Shown: one piece after another, positions 9,952-20,474 of the stretch
How the letters are laid out: each line of letters starts with the position of its first letter
Numbering within the stretch: the first letter of the stretch is position 1
Origin: an uncultured Lachnospiraceae bacterium
GTDB lineage: Bacteria > Bacillota > Clostridia > Lachnospirales > Lachnospiraceae
Length of the DNA: 64,000 nt
NCBI GenBank assembly: GCA_947625755.1
Contig: CANQPJ010000005.1
Coordinates: forward strand, 15,832 to 79,831
Direction: 5' to 3'
Position numbers and translations under genes: made by a program
Notes under the pieces: model-generated
Told to the model about the DNA's origin: nothing
The model's database searches: none
The model's input: the letters and a program-made list of their open reading frames with translations, nothing else

Positions 9952-9987
9952 ATTATAACCTATCAACTTTCAAAGTCAATAGGTTAT
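9952..9987 (-). promoter_or_regulatory. SigmaA promoter overlapped by a 33-bp palindrome (candidate operator)
   Basis: TTGACT-16 nt-TATAAT; ATAACCTAT-ca-ACTTT-c-AAAGT-ca-ATAGGTTAT at 9955-9987. Confidence 0.6.
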
Positions 9988-10011
9988 TGCCTTAATATAT
10001 TTATTTTTTTA

Positions 10012-10716
10012 TTAATTTTTACAATATCCGTTTTTATATATTTTTCTTGCTAAATATATAAATGGTGTATCGGTCAGACTTGTTACAATAAAAATAATAT
10101 AACTTGACAGAACAATATGCATCACAGTATTTACACTGTGTATCCCTCCAAAAGCTCCAAAATTAAACAAAAGATTATTTAAAAACTGGGATATTAATGT
10201 TGAACCATTATTTCTTATCCAAAGAAATTTATCCCGGTCGCCAAATTTTCTTTCCGTAAAATTCCACCATTTATGGTAAGCCCACACATCAAACCTCTGG
10301 ACAATAGCATATACAACCATACTCACAATCATAACCCTTGGTGTATTGGAAAAGATTGTCCTCATGGCAGGCATTGCAAAATCCGAGCCTGCCGGTGTAT
10401 ATAAAAGCCACCATTGTGAAAATACGATAAACACCAAAGATGTGGCAATTCCTAAATTGACAGCTCTCTGCGCTTCTTTTTTTCCATACAACTCGCTGAC
10501 AATATCCGTAACCAGAAATGTCGAGGCAAAGAGTACATTTCCAAGCGTCATTTCCATTCGAAAGGCATTAACTACAATTAAAACCTCAATATTGGCGGCG
10601 ATAGTTGCAATAGATGTAAAACAAAACAAGCCATACTTTCCAAATAATTTAAAAAACAGTAACTCACTTCCATATATAATAAATATGGATAATATTAATA
10701 AAACTTCATTTGACAT
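10012..10716 (-). CDS. yhhQ: Queuosine precursor transporter (YhhQ/Vut_1 family)
   Basis: 234 aa membrane ORF with GNVLFASTFLVTDIVSELYG, WIRNNGSTLISQ, DTPFIY; downstream of a preQ1 riboswitch. Confidence 0.88.
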   Translation of the reverse strand: MSNEVLLILSIFIIYGSELLFFKLFGKYGLFCFTSIATIAANIEVLIVVNAFRMEMTLGNVLFASTFLVTDIVSELYGKKEAQRAVNLGIATSLVFIVFSQWWLLYTPAGSDFAMPAMRTIFSNTPRVMIVSMVVYAIVQRFDVWAYHKWWNFTERKFGDRDKFLWIRNNGSTLISQFLNNLLFNFGAFGGIHSVNTVMHIVLSSYIIFIVTSLTDTPFIYLARKIYKNGYCKN

Positions 10717-10805
10717 AACACTTCTCCTCCTTTTCTTTTGCTTATTACAGTCATCGCATCAATTTCTCTGCGCGACCGGTCTTATGCCATTTTGTTTGTT
10801 ATATA

Positions 10806-10836
10806 TTAAAAAAGAGTACCCTAGGGTACTCTTTTT
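10806..10836 (-). terminator. Intrinsic terminator of the preQ1 riboswitch platform (also the first terminator after rpoC)
   Basis: Perfect 28-bp palindrome aaaaagagtaccctagggtactcttttt at 10809-10836; U6 tract on the minus strand. Confidence 0.8.
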
Positions 10837-10861
10837 AAACCACACTTTACCTGTGGTAAAT

Positions 10862-10902
10862 CCCTAGTTTTGTTTAAAGACAGGATGGTTTTCGAACTGT
10901 CT
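10862..10902 (-). ncRNA. preQ1-I (type I) riboswitch aptamer
   Basis: Minus strand AGACAG-UUCGAAAACCAUC-CUGUCU-UUAAACAAAACUAGGG: P1 stem, UUCG..CCAUC loop, A-rich tail ending CUAG; upstream of a Q-precursor transporter. Confidence 0.88.
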
Positions 10903-10913
10903 GTTATAAAAGA

Positions 10914-13900
10914 TTATTCTTCTGTAATTTCTACTGTTTCCTCATCAACTTCTATCGTTTCCATATCTTCAGAGACCTGAAGAATTTCTTCTTCCGAAAT
11001 TTCTTCCGTATCTTCTGAAACAGCAATCATTTCTTCTGATGCCGGCTGATTATCTGTAGTCAGTTTTACAGAACCGTATCTTTCAAGTCCTGTACCTGCA
11101 GGAATCAGTTTACCAATCAATACATTTTCTTTCAGTCCTACAAGCGGATCTACCTTACCGCTGATAGCGGCTTCTGTAAGAACTCTTGTTGTCTCCTGGA
11201 AAGAAGCTGCAGAAAGGAATGAATTTGTAGCAAGCGAAGCCTTTGTAATACCAAGCATAATCTGGGTACCCGTAGCCGGCTCTTTTCCTTCTGATATCAA
11301 CTGTTCGTTTACTTCGTTAAAGTTAAGAACCTCAACTGTTGTTCCCGGTAAGAAATCAGAATCACCTGCTGTATCAACCTTAATCTTTTTAAGCATCTGA
11401 CGCACAATCACTTCGACATGCTTGTCATTAATTTCTACACCCTGTAAACGGTATACTCTCTGCACCTCACGAATCATATAATCCTGTGCTGCGCGGAGTC
11501 CTTTAATCTTCAAAAGATCATGTGGATTAATACTACCTTCCGTAAGCTCGTCACCTGCTTCCAAAACCGTGCCATCAAGAATCTTAATTCTTGAGCCATA
11601 TGGGATAAGGTAAGCCTTTGACTCTCCGGTCTCCTCATTGGTTATAACAATTTCACGTTTCTTTTTATTTTCCTTAATTTCAGCCTTTCCGCCAAATTCT
11701 GCAATAATTGCAAGTCCCTTTGGCTTTCTTGCCTCAAACAACTCCTCTACTCTAGGAAGACCTTGAGTAATATCGTCACCGGCAACACCACCGGTATGGA
11801 AGGTTCTCATAGTAAGCTGTGTACCCGGCTCACCGATAGACTGTGCAGCAATAATACCAACAGCCTCACCTACCTGAACTCTCTGTCCTGTTGCCATGTT
11901 AGCGCCGTAACATTTTGCGCAGACACCTACCTGTGATTTACATGTAAGGATTGTTCTTATCTTTACTTTTTCCACGCCTGTTGCAACAATAGCAGCTGCT
12001 CTTTTTGGCGTAATCATATGATTTGCCTTTACAATCATATTACCATCTGCATCATACATTGATTCAGCAGCGGTTCTTCCTGTGATTCTCTCTTCCAGAC
12101 TTTCGATAACTTCGTTGCCATCCATTAATGCTTCAATTTCCATAAATGGAATTGCTTTTCCTTCACAGCAATCAACATCACGAATAATTAAATCCTGTGA
12201 TACATCTACAAGTCTTCTTGTAAGGTATCCGGAATCGGCTGTACGAAGAGCAGTATCTGAAAGACCTTTTCTTGCGCCGTGGGCAGAAATAAAGTATTCC
12301 AAAACATCAAGTCCCTCTCGGAAGTTTGACTTAATTGGAAGTTCGATGGTCTTACCTGTTGTATCCGCCATCAATCCACGCATACCGGCAAGCTGTTTAA
12401 TCTGCTTGTCAGAACCACGGGCTCCGGAATCTGCCATCATAAAGATATTGTTGTATTTATCAAGTCCACCTAACAGGGCGCTCGTAATCTGATTGTCGGC
12501 ATCCTGCCATGTCTCGATAACCTCTTTATATCTTTCTTCGTCTGTCAAGAATCCTCTGCGGTAATGCTTTGTAATTTCATCTACCGTGTTTTCGGCATCT
12601 GCTAAAATCTGTTTTTTCGCTTCCGGTACTGTCATATCGGAAATAGAAACGGTCATGGCTGCCTTTGTAGAATACTTGTAACCCATCGCTTTGATGTTAT
12701 CAAGAACCTCTGCGGTTTTCGTAGCTCCATGGTTATTTATAACTTTCTCAAGTATTTGTTTCAAACCTTTCTTTCCTACATGGAAATCAATCTCAAACTT
12801 GAGCCAGTCTTCATCTGTTTCTCTTTTAACAAATCCTAAATCCTGTGGAAGAATTTCATTAAATAGGCAGCGTCCGAGCGTTGTCTCAATAATGCCTTCT
12901 ACTTCTTCACCTTTTCCATTAAAGACTTTTCTCTTAACTTTAATCTTCTGATGAAGTGAAATGTCTCCATTTTCATATGCCAAAATAGCCTGATTTACAT
13001 CACTGAACGAATGTCCCAAAACATCAATCGGCTCACAGACAACCACTCTGTCGTCCGCCTGATATTTGATATAATCATGTGTTCCAATCTTGCCATCATC
13101 CAAGGCTTTTTTCACCTCATCCGAAGACTTATAAATCTTTCTTCCGGCTTTTGAGGTAATTTCTGCATCATTGGAATAGTCAACCATCTTATCCATTGTA
13201 AGATAGTAAATACCAAGTACCATATCCTGTGAAGGAACTGCCACCGGCGCACCATCGGATGGTTTCAGCAGGTTGTTTGGTGAAAGCAGCAGGAATCTGC
13301 ATTCTGCCTGTGCCTCCACGGAAAGTGGAAGATGAACAGCCATCTGATCACCGTCGAAATCGGCATTAAACGCCGTACATACCAACGGATGCAGTTTAAT
13401 CGCCCTGCCTTCTACAAGTACAGGCTCAAATGCCTGAATACCCAGTCTGTGAAGGGTAGGGGCACGGTTTAACATAACCGGATGCTCCTTAATAACTTCT
13501 TCCAAAACATCCCAGACTTCTGTCTGGAGTCTTTCTACCATCTTTTTCGCAGCCTTAATGTTATGGGCTGTTCCCTGTTCTACTAATTCTTTCATAACAA
13601 ATGGCTTAAACAATTCAATCGCCATTTCTTTTGGAAGACCACACTGGTAAATTTTTAACTCTGGTCCTACAACGATAACCGAACGTCCTGAATAGTCAAC
13701 ACGCTTACCAAGCAAATTCTGACGGAAACGTCCCTGCTTACCTTTCAGCATATCGGAAAGAGACTTCAAAGCTCTATTACCAGGTCCTGTAACAGCTCTG
13801 CCACGTCTTCCATTATCAATCAATGCATCCACAGCTTCCTGAAGCATTCTCTTTTCATTTCTCACGATAATTTCAGGAGCTCCTAATTCAAGAAGTCTCT

Positions 13901-14747
13901 TTAAACGATTATTTCTGTTGATAATTCTTCTATATAAATCATTTAAGTCAGAAGTGGCAAATCTTCCTCCTTCCAACTGAACCATAGGTCTAATATCAGG
14001 AGGGATAACAGGAATTACATCCATAATCATCCATTCCGGTTTGTTTCCTGAACTTCTGAAGGCTTCAAAAACCTCCAGTCTCTTAACCAGTTTTGCTTTT
14101 TTCTGACCGGATGCCTCATACAGTTCTTCTTTCAGTGCTTCTGCTTCCTTGTCAAGATCAATTGCCTGAAGCAGTTCCTTGATAGCTTCTGCACCCATAC
14201 CCACTCTGAATTTTCCTTCAAACTCATCATAGGCTTCTCTATATTCTTTCTCCGTTAATACCTGCTTATACTCTAAATTGGAATCCATAGGGTCCAGTAC
14301 AATATAAGAAGCAAAGTATAGTACCTTTTCCAAAACCCTCGGTGAAATATCAAGGAGCAGACCCATTCTTGAAGGAATTCCTTTGAAATACCAAATATGT
14401 GATACCGGTGTCGCCAATTCTACGCATCCCATACGTTCACGACGCACGCTTGCCTTTGTGACCTCAACACCACATCTGTCACACACTACGCCTTTGTATC
14501 TGATTTTCTTGTATTTACCACAATGACATTCCCAGTCCTTATTTGGTCCGAAAATCTTTTCACAGAACAAACCGTCCTTTTCAGGCTTCAGTGTTCTATA
14601 GTTAATTGTCTCCGGCTTTGTAACTTCACCCAGCTCTTCTTTGTCGCCTACTTTTCTGGTAGCCCACTTTCTGATTTTTTCCGGTGAAGCAAGACCGATT
14701 CTAATTTTATCGAATGAAAGCTGTTCACTTACATTTACATCTGCCAT
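10914..14747 (-). CDS. rpoC: DNA-directed RNA polymerase beta' subunit
   Basis: NADFDGDQM catalytic motif, N-terminal zinc finger, QLTMRTFH; start at ATG 14747 behind SD GGGAGA. Confidence 0.99.
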   Translation of the reverse strand: MADVNVSEQLSFDKIRIGLASPEKIRKWATRKVGDKEELGEVTKPETINYRTLKPEKDGLFCEKIFGPNKDWECHCGKYKKIRYKGVVCDRCGVEVTKASVRRERMGCVELATPVSHIWYFKGIPSRMGLLLDISPRVLEKVLYFASYIVLDPMDSNLEYKQVLTEKEYREAYDEFEGKFRVGMGAEAIKELLQAIDLDKEAEALKEELYEASGQKKAKLVKRLEVFEAFRSSGNKPEWMIMDVIPVIPPDIRPMVQLEGGRFATSDLNDLYRRIINRNNRLKRLLELGAPEIIVRNEKRMLQEAVDALIDNGRRGRAVTGPGNRALKSLSDMLKGKQGRFRQNLLGKRVDYSGRSVIVVGPELKIYQCGLPKEMAIELFKPFVMKELVEQGTAHNIKAAKKMVERLQTEVWDVLEEVIKEHPVMLNRAPTLHRLGIQAFEPVLVEGRAIKLHPLVCTAFNADFDGDQMAVHLPLSVEAQAECRFLLLSPNNLLKPSDGAPVAVPSQDMVLGIYYLTMDKMVDYSNDAEITSKAGRKIYKSSDEVKKALDDGKIGTHDYIKYQADDRVVVCEPIDVLGHSFSDVNQAILAYENGDISLHQKIKVKRKVFNGKGEEVEGIIETTLGRCLFNEILPQDLGFVKRETDEDWLKFEIDFHVGKKGLKQILEKVINNHGATKTAEVLDNIKAMGYKYSTKAAMTVSISDMTVPEAKKQILADAENTVDEITKHYRRGFLTDEERYKEVIETWQDADNQITSALLGGLDKYNNIFMMADSGARGSDKQIKQLAGMRGLMADTTGKTIELPIKSNFREGLDVLEYFISAHGARKGLSDTALRTADSGYLTRRLVDVSQDLIIRDVDCCEGKAIPFMEIEALMDGNEVIESLEERITGRTAAESMYDADGNMIVKANHMITPKRAAAIVATGVEKVKIRTILTCKSQVGVCAKCYGANMATGQRVQVGEAVGIIAAQSIGEPGTQLTMRTFHTGGVAGDDITQGLPRVEELFEARKPKGLAIIAEFGGKAEIKENKKKREIVITNEETGESKAYLIPYGSRIKILDGTVLEAGDELTEGSINPHDLLKIKGLRAAQDYMIREVQRVYRLQGVEINDKHVEVIVRQMLKKIKVDTAGDSDFLPGTTVEVLNFNEVNEQLISEGKEPATGTQIMLGITKASLATNSFLSAASFQETTRVLTEAAISGKVDPLVGLKENVLIGKLIPAGTGLERYGSVKLTTDNQPASEEMIAVSEDTEEISEEEILQVSEDMETIEVDEETVEITEE

Positions 14748-14762
14748 GATCAAATCTCCCTT

Positions 14763-17700
14763 CTATTCATTTTCCTGACCATCTTCAAATACGGAACCAT
14801 CAGCATTTACTGTCTGAAGTTCTTCCCCAACAAATTCCTGGGTCTGATACCCCGCCTGCGCAAATGCCTGACTGTCTTCTTTATTTTGACTAAAGTTTTT
14901 GTCACTGTTAAGAATTGCATTGAAATTTGTCTCACCATAATCGGTGCTTTCTTTCAATTCAACTACGTTATCTTCTTTATCCAATACATTTACATCCAGT
15001 GCCAATGCCTGAAGTTCCTTTACAAGTACCTTAAATGATTCCGGAATTCCCGGCTGAGGAATATTTTCACCCTTAATAATTGCTTCGTATGTCTTAACAC
15101 GTCCTACAACGTCGTCAGACTTGAAGGTTAAGATTTCCTGCAATGTATAAGAAGCGCCATAAGCCTCCAATGCCCAAACTTCCATTTCACCAAATCTCTG
15201 TCCACCAAACTGTGCCTTACCGCCAAGTGGCTGCTGGGTTACTAACGAATATGGACCTGTGGAACGTGCGTGAATCTTGTCGTCAACCAGATGATGAAGT
15301 TTCAGGTAATGCATGAAGCCGATTGTAACCGGGCTGTCAAAATAATCACCTGTTCTACCGTCACGAAGTCTTACCTTACCATCTCTTGCAATGGTCACGC
15401 CCTTCCACTCTTCCCGGTGGTCTAAATTATTTCCTAAATATTCCATAATCTCCGGTTTTAATGTGTCTTTATATTTTTCTACAAAATCTTCCCACTCTGT
15501 ATTGGCATAGTCATTGGCGAGTTCCAAAGTATCCATAATATCAAACTCGTCTGCTCCATCAAATACAGGAGTAGAAATATTGAATCCTAACACTTTTGCG
15601 GCAAGACTTAAATGAATCTCAAGTACCTGTCCAATATTCATACGCGAAGGTACGCCCAATGGGTTCAATACAATATCAAGAGGTCTTCCGTTTGGAAGAA
15701 ATGGCATATCTTCTACCGGAAGCACTCTGGAAACAACACCCTTGTTACCATGACGTCCAGCCATCTTATCACCAACAGAAATCTTTCTTTTCTGGGCGAT
15801 ATAAATACGAACGGATTCGTTTACGCCCGGAGCTAATTCATCTCCGTTTTCTCTCTTAAATACCTTGGCATCAACCACGATACCTGCTTCACCATGAGGA
15901 ACCTTCAAAGATGTATCCCTCACTTCTCTTGCCTTTTCACCAAAGATTGCACGAAGCAATCTCTCTTCCGGTGTCAGCTCCGTCTCTCCCTTTGGTGTAA
16001 CCTTACCAACCAAAATGTCACCGGCTCTTACTTCTGCACCGATTCTGATGATACCTCTTTCATCCAAATCTTTTCTCGCATCATCACCGACGCCCGGTAC
16101 ATCATTGGTAATCTCTTCCGGTCCAAGTTTTGTGTCTCTTGCTTCTGTCTCGTATTCTTCTATATGAATAGATGTATAAACATCATCCTGTACTAATCTT
16201 TCACTGATAAGTACCGCATCTTCGTAATTGTAGCCTTCCCATGTCATAAATCCAATCAATGGGTTCTTTCCAAGGGCGATTTCACCGTTTGATGTTGATG
16301 CACCATCGGCAATGACTTCTCCGGCTTCCACTCTGTCGCCTTTAAATACAATCGCTCTCTGGTTATAACAGTTACTCTGGTTACTTCTGGCAAACTTAAT
16401 TAAATGATATACATCTAAATCGCCATCATCTGTTCTAACGGTAATCTCTTTGGAAGTTGATTTTTCAACAACACCCGCACGTTTTGCCACTACGCATACA
16501 CCCGAGTCCACCGCTGCCTTACCTTCCATGCCGGTACCAACGACCGGTGCCTCTGTGGTCATAAGAGGAACTGCCTGACGCTGCATGTTAGAACCCATCA
16601 GGGCACGGTTTGCGTCATCATTCTGCAGGAATGGAATCATGGATGTTGCTACAGAAAATACCATTCTAGGAGAAACATCCATCAGGTCAATTCTCTTCTT
16701 ATCAAACTGTGATGTCTCCTCTCTGTAACGTCCGGATACATTCTTATTTACAAAATATCCGTTTTCATCTAAAGGCTCATTCGCCTGTGCAACAGTATAG
16801 TTATCTTCTTCATCTGCTGTAATATATATTACTTCATCTGTAACACGTGGATTATCCGGATCCGACTTATCTACAACTCTGTATGGAGCCTCAATAAATC
16901 CATACTCATTCAACCTTGCAAAAGAAGCAAATGAGTTAATCAGACCAATGTTCGGTCCTTCCGGTGTCTCAATCGGACACATTCTGCCGTAATGTGTATA
17001 GTGAACGTCTCGGACTTCGAAGCCGGCACGGTCTCTGGAAAGACCGCCAGGTCCAAGCGCCGACAAACGTCTCTTGTGCGTCAACTCACCAAGTGGGTTG
17101 TTCTGATCCATAAACTGTGATAACTGGGAGCTTCCAAAGAATTCCTTTACAGCCGCAGTTACCGGTTTGATATTAATTAATGTCTGTGGAGAAACGCCTT
17201 CCAAGTCCTGTGTTGTCATTCTTTCACGAACAACTCTTTCCATTCTTGAAAGACCAATCCTATACTGATTCTGAAGTAATTCGCCCACTGCACGGATACG
17301 TCTGTTTCCTAAATGGTCAATATCATCAGAAGTTCCAATCCCATATTCAATATTTAACAAATAGTTAATGGATGCAAGAATATCTTCCTTTGTAATATGC
17401 TTTGGAACTAATTCATGTGCATTTCTCTTAATTGCATCCTTTAATTCTTCTTCCGTCTCATTTTCTGCTAAAATTTCAGCAAGTACCGGATAATAAACAT
17501 CCTCTAAAATACCTAATTCCTTACAATCAAAATCAACATATGTGCTAATATCAACTGCCATATTTGACAACACTTTTTCATTCTTCACATCTGTCTGTAT
17601 TACAACGGATGGAATTGCGGCATTCTGAATCTGAATAGCAAGCTCTTTTGTAACCGTTGTTCCTGCCTCTGCCAGAACTTCTCCCGTAGACATATCAATA

Positions 17701-18593
17701 ACATCTTCCGCTAAAATATGTCCTACAATTCTGCTCTTGTAAGCAAGTTTTTTATTGTACTTATATCTGCCTACCCTTGCAAGGTCATATCTCTTTGGAT
17801 CAAAAAACATACCGGTGATAATAGACTCCGCACTATCGACACTAAGCGGTTCACCCGGACGAATCTTTTTATATAATTCTAAAAGACCACTTTCATAGTC
17901 TTCGCTTTGATCCTTTTCAAAAGTCGCAAGCAGTTTATCTTCCTCACCAAACAACTCTGTAATTTCAGCATTCGTTCCTACGCCCAGCGCTCTGATAAGA
18001 ACTGTTACAGGAACTTTTCTGGTTCTGTCCACACGAACATAGAATACATCATTAGAGTCTGTTTCATATTCTAACCATGCACCACGATTTGGAATAACCT
18101 GTGATGTATATAATTTCTTTCCTACCTTATCATGAGCGATAACATAATAAATTCCCGGGGAACGAACTAACTGACTGACGATAACACGTTCAGCGCCGTT
18201 AATTACAAAAGTACCGGTCTCTGTCATAAGCGGTAAATCACCCATGAAAATATCGTGTTCTGTAAACTCCCCTGTCTCCTTGTTATGAAGTCTGACTTTT
18301 ACTTTTAAAGGGGCAGCATAAGTTGCATCTCTTTCCTTGCACTCTTCAATCGAATACTTTTTATCTTCTTCACATAGTCTGAAGTCGATAAATTCAAGGC
18401 TTAAATTTTGGGCATAATCTTCAATCGGAGAAATATCATCTAATACTTCTCTTAATCCCGTAGTAAGGAACCATTCATATGAGTCTCTTTGTACTTCAAT
18501 AAGATTTGGCATTTCGAGCACATCTTTCTGTCTTGAATAGCTCATACGAATACCTTTTCCTGCTTTTACAGGAGTGATTCTGTTCTTCTCCAT
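14763..18593 (-). CDS. rpoB: DNA-directed RNA polymerase beta subunit
   Basis: [42 protein letters not shown]; start 18593 (alternative 18599). Confidence 0.99.
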   Translation of the reverse strand: MEKNRITPVKAGKGIRMSYSRQKDVLEMPNLIEVQRDSYEWFLTTGLREVLDDISPIEDYAQNLSLEFIDFRLCEEDKKYSIEECKERDATYAAPLKVKVRLHNKETGEFTEHDIFMGDLPLMTETGTFVINGAERVIVSQLVRSPGIYYVIAHDKVGKKLYTSQVIPNRGAWLEYETDSNDVFYVRVDRTRKVPVTVLIRALGVGTNAEITELFGEEDKLLATFEKDQSEDYESGLLELYKKIRPGEPLSVDSAESIITGMFFDPKRYDLARVGRYKYNKKLAYKSRIVGHILAEDVIDMSTGEVLAEAGTTVTKELAIQIQNAAIPSVVIQTDVKNEKVLSNMAVDISTYVDFDCKELGILEDVYYPVLAEILAENETEEELKDAIKRNAHELVPKHITKEDILASINYLLNIEYGIGTSDDIDHLGNRRIRAVGELLQNQYRIGLSRMERVVRERMTTQDLEGVSPQTLINIKPVTAAVKEFFGSSQLSQFMDQNNPLGELTHKRRLSALGPGGLSRDRAGFEVRDVHYTHYGRMCPIETPEGPNIGLINSFASFARLNEYGFIEAPYRVVDKSDPDNPRVTDEVIYITADEEDNYTVAQANEPLDENGYFVNKNVSGRYREETSQFDKKRIDLMDVSPRMVFSVATSMIPFLQNDDANRALMGSNMQRQAVPLMTTEAPVVGTGMEGKAAVDSGVCVVAKRAGVVEKSTSKEITVRTDDGDLDVYHLIKFARSNQSNCYNQRAIVFKGDRVEAGEVIADGASTSNGEIALGKNPLIGFMTWEGYNYEDAVLISERLVQDDVYTSIHIEEYETEARDTKLGPEEITNDVPGVGDDARKDLDERGIIRIGAEVRAGDILVGKVTPKGETELTPEERLLRAIFGEKAREVRDTSLKVPHGEAGIVVDAKVFKRENGDELAPGVNESVRIYIAQKRKISVGDKMAGRHGNKGVVSRVLPVEDMPFLPNGRPLDIVLNPLGVPSRMNIGQVLEIHLSLAAKVLGFNISTPVFDGADEFDIMDTLELANDYANTEWEDFVEKYKDTLKPEIMEYLGNNLDHREEWKGVTIARDGKVRLRDGRTGDYFDSPVTIGFMHYLKLHHLVDDKIHARSTGPYSLVTQQPLGGKAQFGGQRFGEMEVWALEAYGASYTLQEILTFKSDDVVGRVKTYEAIIKGENIPQPGIPESFKVLVKELQALALDVNVLDKEDNVVELKESTDYGETNFNAILNSDKNFSQNKEDSQAFAQAGYQTQEFVGEELQTVNADGSVFEDGQENE

Positions 18594-18690
18594 CGACATT
18601 ACTCTCCTTGTCTTAATATAATTAATTATTTTACTACTATTACTTAATTTAATTAAGTTTTTTGGTCGTTATGTCAACCAGACACCTGCC

Positions 18691-18716
18691 AAAAGGGCGC
18701 ACTACGCCCTTTTTTA
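18691..18716 (-). promoter_or_regulatory. GC-rich hairpin in the rpoB 5' leader (attenuator-like)
   Basis: Minus strand AAAAGGGCG-UAGUG-CGCCCUUUU just downstream of the rpoB promoter. Confidence 0.5.
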
Positions 18717-18731
18717 CGCATATCAAATTTA

Positions 18732-18760
18732 AATATACCATTAAAAAAAAAAGAAGTCAA
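18732..18760 (-). promoter_or_regulatory. SigmaA promoter of rpoBC
   Basis: TTGACT-17 nt (contains T10)-TATATT with TGn extension. Confidence 0.7.
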
Positions 18761-18808
18761 GCATTTTTGTAATCTTTTCCAACTTGCGAAAATCACAACA
18801 ACGCCGTT

Positions 18809-18898
18809 TCAAATTTTTATATACCTTTCATCAATCGGTATCATATCATTAAAATTTAAGACACCAGCTATTTTATCTTTATCAAATCTATGGCAAAT
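18809..18898 (-). pseudogene. Remnant of a ToxN/AbiQ-like (type III toxin-antitoxin) toxin gene
   Basis: Minus-strand frame reads ICHRFDKDKIAGVLNFNDMIPIDERYIKI*; GVLNFNDMIPI resembles the ToxN/AbiQ core G-x-(I/L)-N-(F/L)-x-x-M-I-P motif; overlapping frame reads AIDLIKIK; no start codon or 5' half. Confidence 0.5.
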
Positions 18899-19265
18899 TC
18901 ATGATGTGGGAAAATCAATTACATATATTTTTTACAATACAAGCCAGATATATATGTAAATTCTTGGTGAATTCATAATCAGGGAGAATGCATTACATAT
19001 ATGTTTTACAATACAAACCACATATATATGTAAATTCTTGGATAATTCATAATTGGGGAGAATCAATTACATATATTCTTTACAATACACTCTTGATATA
19101 TATGTAAATTCTTGGTGAATTCATAATCGGAAAGAATGCATTACATATATTCTTTACAATACACTCCAAATATATATGTAAATTTTTGGAAAATTCATAG
19201 CAAGTCAAAATATATTACATATCTATATCAAATTATAAAATGCTAATATATGTAAATTATAAATA
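18896..19265. repeat. Non-coding tandem array of 74-bp units (4 well-conserved plus 1 degenerate), each with an internal inverted repeat
   Basis: Units start at 18896, 18970, 19044, 19118, 19192; units 3 vs 4 match 63/74 and units 2 vs 4 match 64/74; arms TTACATATAT-N21-ATATATGTAA. Confidence 0.95.
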
Positions 19266-19381
19266 TTGCAAGAAAACAAAGCTTACAAAAGACGATTCAG
19301 AAAATGAAAGGTGTAATTAATTTTAGAACTTGCACTAAAATCAACAATATATGTTCTCTTCCCTTATTTACCGTAAAACAA

Positions 19382-19422
19382 AAGAATACCCGCATCAGTG
19401 CAAGCACAATGCGGGTATTCTT
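19382..19422 (-). terminator. rplL terminator
   Basis: aagaatacccgcat-N13-atgcgggtattctt, followed by UUUUGUUUU on the minus strand. Confidence 0.8.
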
Positions 19423-19455
19423 CTATTATACATACAGCTTATTGCCATCATGTAA

Positions 19456-19821
19456 TTATTTAAGAGTAACTGTTGCTCCAACATCTTCTAACTGTTTCTT
19501 AAGAGCTTCTGCTTCCTCTTTAGAAAGACCTTCTTTAACAACCTTAGGAGCTCCGTCAACTACTTCTTTAGCTTCTTTCAGTCCTAAACCTGTTGCATCC
19601 TTAACAGCCTTGATAACCTTAACCTTCTGGTCACCTACTTCTGTTAACTCAACATCAAATTCAGTCTTTTCTTCTGTTGCTGCACCTTCTGCACCACCTG
19701 CTGCAACTACAACACCTGCTGCTGCGGATACACCAAATTCTTCTTCACATGCCTTTACAAGGTCATTTAATTCTAATACTGATAATCCTTTGATTACCTC
19801 AATGATTTCTTCTGTTGTCAT
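19456..19821 (-). CDS. rplL: 50S ribosomal protein L7/L12
   Basis: [41 protein letters not shown]; start ATG 19821 after SD GGAGG. Confidence 0.98.
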   Translation of the reverse strand: MTTEEIIEVIKGLSVLELNDLVKACEEEFGVSAAAGVVVAAGGAEGAATEEKTEFDVELTEVGDQKVKVIKAVKDATGLGLKEAKEVVDGAPKVVKEGLSKEEAEALKKQLEDVGATVTLK

Positions 19822-19896
19822 TGTTAATATCCTCCTAAATTTCAATTTAATAATTTTCACTGACGGGATTATCCCGTTTTTACTTTGTTTTACACT

Positions 19897-20391
19897 TTAT
19901 GCAGCTTCTTCGTCTTTTTCAGCAATCTGCTTAATAACACGAGCGAAGTTTGTGATAGGTGACTGGATAGATCCAAGTAACTTTGAAAGAAGCACTTCTC
20001 TTGACGGGATATTTGAAATCATCTTTAATCCTGCTTCATCATAGTAAACACCATCTACAATACCACCTTTAACTTCCAGAGCTTCAGCATTTTTTGCAAA
20101 CTGGTATAAAACTCTGGCTGCTGCTGTAGCATCATCTTTGCAAACTGCAATAGCAGTTGGTCCTGCAAGATGTTGAGCTAAATCTTCAAAGTCTGTACCT
20201 TTTATTGCGAAGTTAATCATAGTGTTTTTATATACTTTGTATATCACACCGGCTTCTCTTAACTGTCTACGAAGATCTGTATCCTGTGCAACAGTCAGTC
20301 CACGGTAATCAACTACAACTGCTGTAGCTGCACCTTCGAGCAACTCTGATATTTCTTCTATAATAGGCTTCTTTAACTCTACTTTTGCCAT
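19897..20391 (-). CDS. rplJ: 50S ribosomal protein L10
   Basis: VVDYRGLTVAQ, VYKNT, LAGPTAIA motifs; position in the rplJL operon. Confidence 0.97.
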   Translation of the reverse strand: MAKVELKKPIIEEISELLEGAATAVVVDYRGLTVAQDTDLRRQLREAGVIYKVYKNTMINFAIKGTDFEDLAQHLAGPTAIAVCKDDATAAARVLYQFAKNAEALEVKGGIVDGVYYDEAGLKMISNIPSREVLLSKLLGSIQSPITNFARVIKQIAEKDEEAA

Positions 20392-20474
20392 GAATGGTTT
20401 ACCTCCTTTTTAGATTCAGGTTTGCAACCTCATGCGCTTATAACCTTCCAAAGCACTTATACTACTTTGAAAAA

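Noticed and set aside
15400-15540. Extra segment in RpoB ([15 protein letters not shown]...HREEWKGV)
   Set aside because: As far as I recall this is typical of Lachnospiraceae RpoB; useful for taxonomy but not novel.
18896-19265. CRISPR array (74 = 37 + 37 looks like repeat plus spacer)
   Set aside because: The whole unit is about 85% conserved between copies, so there are no unique spacers, and there is no cas gene in the window.
18896-19265. dif/Xer sites (ATATGTAAA resembles a XerD arm) or CodY boxes (AATT-N7-AATT at unit junctions)
   Set aside because: The arms are 21 nt apart rather than around a 6-nt core. Only one junction comes within 2 mismatches of the CodY consensus; the others have 4-5.
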